DNA of 63,766 nt, counting the filler, from Hyphochytrium catenoides (lineage: Eukaryota > Protista > Hyphochytriomycota), in NCBI GenBank assembly GCA_900088475.1. It is 9 parts of 9 records of this genome, joined end to end, with 100 filler letters (N's around TTAATTAATTAA, not from the genome) between each part and the next. Parts side by side here need not be neighbours in the genome. Positions count along the whole stretch, not along the records: positions 53,542 to 62,538 come from FLMG01000039.1; positions 62,639 to 63,766 come from FLMG01001483.1; 7 more parts are not named here. One strand, given 5' to 3'. Below are positions 62,177 to 63,766 of this stretch, piece after piece. Under the pieces are notes generated by a model. The model did no database searches. It saw nothing but the letters and a program-made list of their open reading frames with translations, and had not been told where the DNA came from. A program made the position numbers and the translations under genes. Every line of letters begins with the position of its first letter. Position 1 is the first letter of the stretch.

Positions 62177-62754
62177 AGGAACGAAACGGAGAAGGCGGAA
62201 GCATTAGCTAGGAGTGCAGGGTCAAAAGGATGAAGAGGGTCAGGAGCGAGCGCCTCACTGCTGAGAGGAAGCGCATAGGACGAGCTCACGGAGGAGAAGG
62301 ACAGAAGCGCTGGCGATCTCGCAAGCTCTCAGGGAACTTGCACAGGCCGCACCGCTGGCTCCAGGGAGTTAGGCGGTAATGGAATGCCTTTGTAGATAAA
62401 GAGACAGAGATAGCGGAAAGAGAGACAGAGGAGCCGGTAGGAGAGAGAGAGGAAGCTGTAGGGAGCTGGCGAGGTACTGAGACGGCTGATCGGACGATGA
62501 GGACGCTGCTGACCTGGCACGATAAAGTGCCTGAAAAGNNNNNNNNNNNNNNNNNNNNNNNNNNNNNNNNNNNNNNNNNNNNTTAATTAATTAANNNNNN
62601 NNNNNNNNNNNNNNNNNNNNNNNNNNNNNNNNNNNNNNCTAATCCTGCTTGAGCAAGTAAAGTACGTTGTACTTGTACAAATAATCCTGCCGGTCAAGGC
62701 TGGATTACCCCTATCTAAAATGGCGAGCCCTCAGGCTTGCCTGCTGTATTGATA

Positions 62755-63766
62755 ACCTAGTTATCATAACTCTGAAACACTTTGTTTTGTGCCTTCTTCC
62801 TCTTGTCAGATAGAGTCTGGAACTGTGAGCCTTTAGAGCTCTTGTCAGCTTCGGCTCTCTCCACCTCCCCGCAGGTCCAGACTTCCTGAGTGTCCGTCGG
62901 CCTCCGCCTTGTCCTCCCCGGAAAGTAGACTTTGTCTTACGACGGATGTGGACGGGACAATCCCGAGTTGCGGAAGAAGTTCTCGGAACTGAGGTGCTGG
63001 TAACGCCTTCGTGAGAATGTCGGCAGTCATCTTCTTGGTTGGACAGTGTTGCAATTCCAAGACTTTGCGATTCACCTGATCTCTAACCACACAGTGTTTG
63101 ACATCATCAATATATTTTGATTTTGGTCTCGGCATCTCCCACCCTGTTATTGTGCTCTTGTTGTCTTGATGTGCGAGGATGGGTCTGCTCAGTGGATACT
63201 GAAGCTCCTGTAAGAATATTAGATGTGTTCTGCATGCTTGGGCTCCGGTCCACAGTGAGATGCACTCAGCTTCAGTGGTTGAAGAAGCCACTATGTCTTG
63301 CTTCTTACCATCCAACTGAAAGCACCAGTCCCCAGTGTAAGAAAGTAGCCTGATATGGATTTCCTGTCCATAGGATCAATCGCCCTGTCTGCATCTGCAA
63401 AGAGTTGTAGTCTTGGACTCTGATTGATGATGTCTGGGGTTGCCTCTCCTTTTAGACGTAAGAAGTGGTCTGCAGTCCCTTTCAGATATCTCAGTATCCG
63501 CTTCACAGCGGTCCAGTGAGTCTGTCTATAGTTAGTCATATGCTGGCTTACCGATTGTACCGCGAAGGCTATATCCGGGCTGGAGGCTACCTTCAGATGC
63601 ATAAGACTGCCGACAGGCATTCCTGTACGGTATCTTGAGTAAATATTCCTCCTCTTCGGAAGTCAGTGTAGAGAGAGAGTCTGCCTTGGGTAGCTTTTCA
63701 CCAGGAGTAACAGGCGTGCTGATTGGGTTGCAATCTTCCATGCCATAACGCTTCAGAAGGTCTTGA
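62755..63766 (-). mobile_element. Ty1/copia pol 3' end (RT tail + RNase H, frameshifted), PPT and start of 3' LTR
   Basis: DCNPISTP, PYR..VGSLM, PDIAFAV, HWTAVKRILRYLKGT, ADAD, DRKSISGY, KKQDIVASSTTEAE, DNKSTI and ADILTKAL. PPT GCGGGGAGG is followed by the LTR from 62863, homologous to the 55295 LTR. Confidence 0.93.

Noticed and set aside
9137-62594. TTAATTAATTAA as a biological repeat or piggyBac TTAA site
   Set aside because: Always embedded in fixed-length N runs; it is an assembly spacer.

Overview
Eukaryotic genomic DNA, probably from a flagellated protist (stramenopile-like gene content, not certain). It has GT-AG spliceosomal introns and is extremely rich in AG/CT microsatellite, so most of the six-frame ORF track is microsatellite noise. 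The window is not one locus: eight identical 100-bp spacers (N44-TTAATTAATTAA-N44) join nine contigs, so gene neighbourhoods only mean something within a contig. Genes reconstructed by splicing: a 5-exon PIERCE/DUF4490-like ciliary microtubule inner protein, an IQ-motif coiled-coil protein, the 3' half of a cobyrinate a,c-diamide synthase (CobB/CbiA) with 5 introns, a C2-domain protein with GYPQ repeats, and a carboxypeptidase T-like M14 peptidase with 2 introns. Also present: a hemerythrin/HHE protein with a mitochondrial-type presequence, eEF1B, a WRKY19-like zinc-finger protein, a ferric reductase (FRO/FRE) and CMTR1. Mobile DNA comprises decayed Ty1/copia pieces (5' LTR+PBS+gag; RT/RNase H+PPT+3' LTR start) and two relics of an RLE-endonuclease non-LTR element, one with a 13-bp TSD. 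Most notable: (1) a spliced eukaryotic gene for a normally prokaryotic corrinoid-amidation enzyme; (2) a bacterial-type carboxypeptidase T that has acquired introns; (3) four separate long foldback structures, one built from copia gag.
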